Both the position numbers and the translations under genes were made by a program. DNA of 64,000 bases from an uncultured virus (IMG/VR IMGVR_UViG_2061766007_000921) (Duplodnaviria; Heunggongvirae; Uroviricota; Caudoviricetes). The stretch lies in IMG/VR virus record IMGVR_UViG_2061766007_000921. The stretch is one strand, 5' to 3'. Below the pieces are notes generated by a model that saw only the letters and a list, made by a program, of their open reading frames with translations, made no database searches and was not told the origin of the DNA. The first letter of the stretch is position 1. The number at the start of each line of letters is the position of its first letter. Of the stretch, positions 61,561-64,000 are shown in pieces.

Positions 61561-61625
61561 TACCTCGAGCGGGATTCGAACCCGCAATACACAGATCTTA
61601 AGTCTGTTGCCGTTACCAGTTAGAC
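61561..61625 (-). tRNA. tRNA-Leu(TAA), 5' end in gap, short variable loop
   Basis: D, anticodon and T arms visible. Confidence 0.78.
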
Positions 61626-61856
61626 NNNNNNNNNNNNNNNNNNNNNNNNNNNNNNNNNNNNNNNNNNNNNNNNNNNNNNNNNNNNNNNNNNNNNNNNNNN
61701 NNNNNNNNNNNNNNNNNNNNNNNNNNNNNNNNNNNNNNNNNNNNNNNNNNNNNNNNNNNNNNNNNNNNNNNNNNNNNNNNNNNNNNNNNNNNNNNNNNNN
61801 NNNCTCAAGGTTTCTGGTTTGATAGTCTTAACTCTCCTAAACCTTTTTTGAGTTTG

Positions 61857-61931
61857 TACCCCACCCCGGACTCGAACCGGGAAAAATATGAGCCTTAGTC
61901 ATACGCGTATGCCAAATTCCGCCAGCGGGGC
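61857..61931 (-). tRNA. tRNA-Leu(AAG), short variable loop
   Basis: TATGA-CTAAGGC-TCATA. Confidence 0.8.
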
Positions 61932-61938
61932 ATAATTG

Positions 61939-62077
61939 TGGAGGGGATTGGACTCGGACCAATGCGCCGTGCTTTCATGGCAATTCGAAGTAACTTTCAT
62001 ATTGGCTATTGTCTAACAAAGAAAATATACAAAAGCATAATTTCTAATACGTGCTCTACCAACTGAGCTACCCCTCC
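61939..62077 (-). ncRNA. Y-RNA-like 10 (YrlA-type: module in the anticodon arm)
   Basis: GGAGGGG/CCCCTCC, canonical D arm, TTTTCT...TAGCCAA..GTTACTTCG, T arm. Confidence 0.75.
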
Positions 62078-62191
62078 ATATTTCTTATTTCAATGAACAA
62101 ATTAAAACCTGGTTTTACTAAGAGTGGTTGTTATTACTACCAGGAAACCTTCCTCTTAGTTTAAGCTAAAGAAATTCTTTAGTTTGAGTGG

Positions 62192-62283
62192 TGGGAAGAG
62201 AGGGACTCGAACCCCCTTACTGCAAGGCCAATACGACAATTTGTGTTCAGGTTTGATTTACAGTCAAGTGTCGTTATCTTCCC
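62192..62283 (-). ncRNA. Pseudoknotted Tyr(GTA)-like tRNA (D loop relocated)
   Basis: ACGAC, anticodon arm, CTG..GTCGT-ATTGG..CAG, T arm. Confidence 0.7.
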
Positions 62284-62291
62284 AAAAAATA

Positions 62292-62888
62292 TCAATTTTT
62301 TGTATGATAAAATTCTCTCCAATTACTAAATGTTTTATCAACTGCGAGTGTTTTCAAATATTCAATATCATATTTGTCTGTTGTGTGTATTACTCTGTGA
62401 CAATTTGGACAAACAATTATTAAATTGTCAGCATCATTAGTTCCTCCTTTACTTTTTGGAACAATATGATGAATGTCACAAGAACTTTCATTCCAACCAC
62501 AAATTGAGCAAGAACATTTTGCTCTATACAATATTTTTGATACTGTCCTTGATGACAAGTCTAACAAAGATTGTACCTCTTCTTTAACATGCACTCTTTG
62601 TAATTTACAATCATTACAATGAATGTGTCTTCCTTTCTTTATTTGGCTCTTTCTTACAAATTCTTTTCCACATTTTTCACAAGTATAATGATATTCTTGA
62701 TTTTCGTAATAAACTTTAATGCCATTACGTATTTTATCAAGCCGCTCCTGTGTCATTGGTCTAGAATTTGCACAGCTCAAAGAACAACAATGTTTGTATC
62801 TTCCAGCTTTCCAATCAGCATCTGAACATGTTACTTCATATTCTTTTCCACATCTTTTACAAATACATATATGTGTTTGCTTTTCCAT
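62292..62888 (-). CDS. HNH endonuclease
   Basis: CSICG, DIHHIVP..KGGTN...NL..VCPNCH. Confidence 0.85.
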   Translation of the reverse strand: MEKQTHICICKRCGKEYEVTCSDADWKAGRYKHCCSLSCANSRPMTQERLDKIRNGIKVYYENQEYHYTCEKCGKEFVRKSQIKKGRHIHCNDCKLQRVHVKEEVQSLLDLSSRTVSKILYRAKCSCSICGWNESSCDIHHIVPKSKGGTNDADNLIIVCPNCHRVIHTTDKYDIEYLKTLAVDKTFSNWREFYHTKN

Positions 62889-62979
62889 AAAAAAATATAA
62901 ATTTATTTTTATATTTATTCTCAAAGCCTTATAAAAAATTCACTTTTTCTACAGTCACTCGCGATTTCAAAGAACTTAG

Positions 62980-63065
62980 TGGGGGAGGAGGGATTCGAAC
63001 CCCCTGAGTTTCTGATGTGCTTGATCTACAGTCAAGTGCCCGACCACCATCCGAGCAGCTCCCCC
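62980..63065 (-). tRNA. tRNA-Tyr(GTA)
   Basis: Cloverleaf, long variable arm. Confidence 0.88.
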
Positions 63066-63078
63066 ATTTTTAAAATTG

Positions 63079-63151
63079 TGCGTCCGTCGAGATTCGAACT
63101 CGAGACCCCAGCATTAAAAGTGCCGTGCTCTACCAGCTGAGCTACGAACGC
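63079..63151 (-). tRNA. tRNA-Lys(TTT)
   Basis: Cloverleaf. Confidence 0.92.
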
Positions 63152-63173
63152 ATAATTTCAAAGAACTTAATTT

Positions 63174-63253
63174 TGGTACATAGGTGGGACTCGAACCCAC
63201 GTGAGATGATCAAACTCGAACCTGACATAAGCGTGCACAAACTTCCTATGTAC
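63174..63253 (-). ncRNA. tRNA-like RNA with acceptor stem and two T loops, no anticodon arm
   Basis: GTACATAG/CTATGTAC-CA; GGTTCGAGT occurs twice. Confidence 0.6.
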
Positions 63254-63257
63254 TTTG

Positions 63258-63331
63258 TCGGGCGCCCCAGATTCGAACTGGAATTACATCGGTATCAGCG
63301 ATGCGTCCTCAACCTATTAGACGAGCCCCCG
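63258..63331 (-). tRNA. tRNA-Ile(GAT) with Glu-like D arm
   Basis: CATCG-CTGATAC-CGATG. Confidence 0.8.
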
Positions 63332-63367
63332 AATATTTAAAGAACTATTGTTTCTTGTTTTACATTG

Positions 63368-63398
63368 CAAATATAAAAACTTTTTTTCTACCTGCAAA
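63368..63398 (-). promoter_or_regulatory. Bacteroidota-type promoter
   Basis: TTTG-N19-TATATTTG. Confidence 0.8.
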
Positions 63399-63599
63399 AT
63401 TTATTTTAAAAATTTTATAAAATTGTTTTCTTTCCATTCATACAAGCAATATAATACAATATCTGAGTCTCTGTAAGATTATTAAACCATTCATCAAAAT
63501 ATTTGTAATACTTCTTAATTGTATTATAAGTAAATTCTTTATACAAATAATCTCTTAAATTTTGCCCCGCTTTCCATAATTATAAGTTTTTAATTGTTG

Positions 63600-63672
63600 T
63601 ACCCCCTAGAGGACTCGAACCCCTGCTGAAGCATCCGTAGTGCTTTGTGCTATCCAATTACACCAAGAGGGC
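63600..63672 (-). tRNA. tRNA-Arg(ACG)
   Basis: Cloverleaf. Confidence 0.9.
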
Positions 63673-63687
63673 AATTATATTAAAATT

Positions 63688-63770
63688 AAAACCTCCTTAT
63701 TCTTGTTGTTGAATGAGGAGGTTTTTGTATCTTTATATCTTGTTATCTTATACACATCTTCTCATTCAAC
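63688..63770 (-). promoter_or_regulatory. Attenuator 2: terminator 63688-63724 and antiterminator strand 63761-63770
   Basis: GTTGAATGAG is the perfect complement of CTCATTCAAC in the terminator 5' arm; U-tract follows. Confidence 0.8.
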
Positions 63771-63849
63771 TTTGTACACAGAGTTTTAAGCGATAATAAA
63801 TCGCTGCTGATTTAATAATGTTAATGGAATATGTGTTTCTTGTTATCAT
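63766..63849 (-). CDS. Leader peptide 2 (27 aa)
   Basis: MITRNTYSINIIKSAAIYYRLKLCVQS; stop lies inside the antiterminator. Confidence 0.72.
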   Translation of the reverse strand: MITRNTYSINIIKSAAIYYRLKLCVQS

Positions 63850-63867
63850 AATTATAAATTTTATATG

Positions 63868-63898
63868 CAAATATACAAAAAGATTTTTATCTTGCAAA
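63868..63898 (-). promoter_or_regulatory. Bacteroidota-type promoter driving leader peptide 2
   Basis: TTTG-N19-TATATTTG, 18 nt before the ATG. Confidence 0.8.
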
Positions 63899-63934
63899 TT
63901 ATTTATTAAAATTCTGTGAGAAATTTCTCACATT

Positions 63935-64000
63935 TTACAGTTGAACATCTTCTATATCAACACTGGTTGTAATAGTCTTAATTTTTGCTGCTGCAATATT
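63935..64000 (-). CDS. C-terminal fragment of an upstream gene
   Basis: ...NIAAAKIKTITTSVDIEDVQL*. Confidence 0.45.
   Translation of the reverse strand, partial: NIAAAKIKTITTSVDIEDVQL

Noticed and set aside
61626..61803. ORFs spanning the N run
   Set aside because: Assembly gap; it may hide further tRNAs, so block A content is incomplete
46802..62077. Recurrent GAAGTAAC motif as a CRISPR repeat
   Set aside because: Dispersed, degenerate and irregularly spaced with no cas genes; explained by the Y-like module
506..63340. Numerous plus-strand and nested ORFs in the track
   Set aside because: Antisense shadows of real genes, or ORFs running across tRNA and ncRNA genes
63416..63577. Tyr/Lys-rich small ORF whose ATG is out of frame
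   Set aside because: Cannot distinguish pseudogene, sequencing error, TTG start or frameshift from this sequence alone

Overview
A very AT-rich 64-kb segment, almost entirely on the minus strand, of a T4-like jumbo/megaphage. The host is probably Bacteroidota, since seven TTTG-N19-TATATTTG promoters are present. The left part (1-44 kb) has rmlBDC, many glycosyltransferases, portal, gp2/gp4-like head genes, uvsX/uvsY, nrdDG, a 3919-aa virion-like protein and an AAA/vWA-metallopeptidase module. The right part (44-64 kb) is a translation-support island with about 43 tRNA genes covering all 20 amino acids. Six things stand out there. (1) Two leader-peptide attenuators head the tRNA blocks, and their codons match the anticodons of the tRNAs they precede. 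(2) A Ro60/Rsr (TROVE) gene is accompanied by 10 Y-RNA-like elements in which one conserved module is grafted onto tRNA scaffolds at four different positions. (3) A 416-nt RNA carries mimics of both the 23S rRNA L11-binding domain and the sarcin-ricin loop. (4) Several tRNA-like genes are permuted or pseudoknotted. (5) A CUA-anticodon tRNA lies next to a Pth2-like gene with an in-frame TAG. (6) An ArfA-like ORF contains an internal terminator. All calls were made by eye without database searches, so novelty must be checked against Rfam/Pfam.
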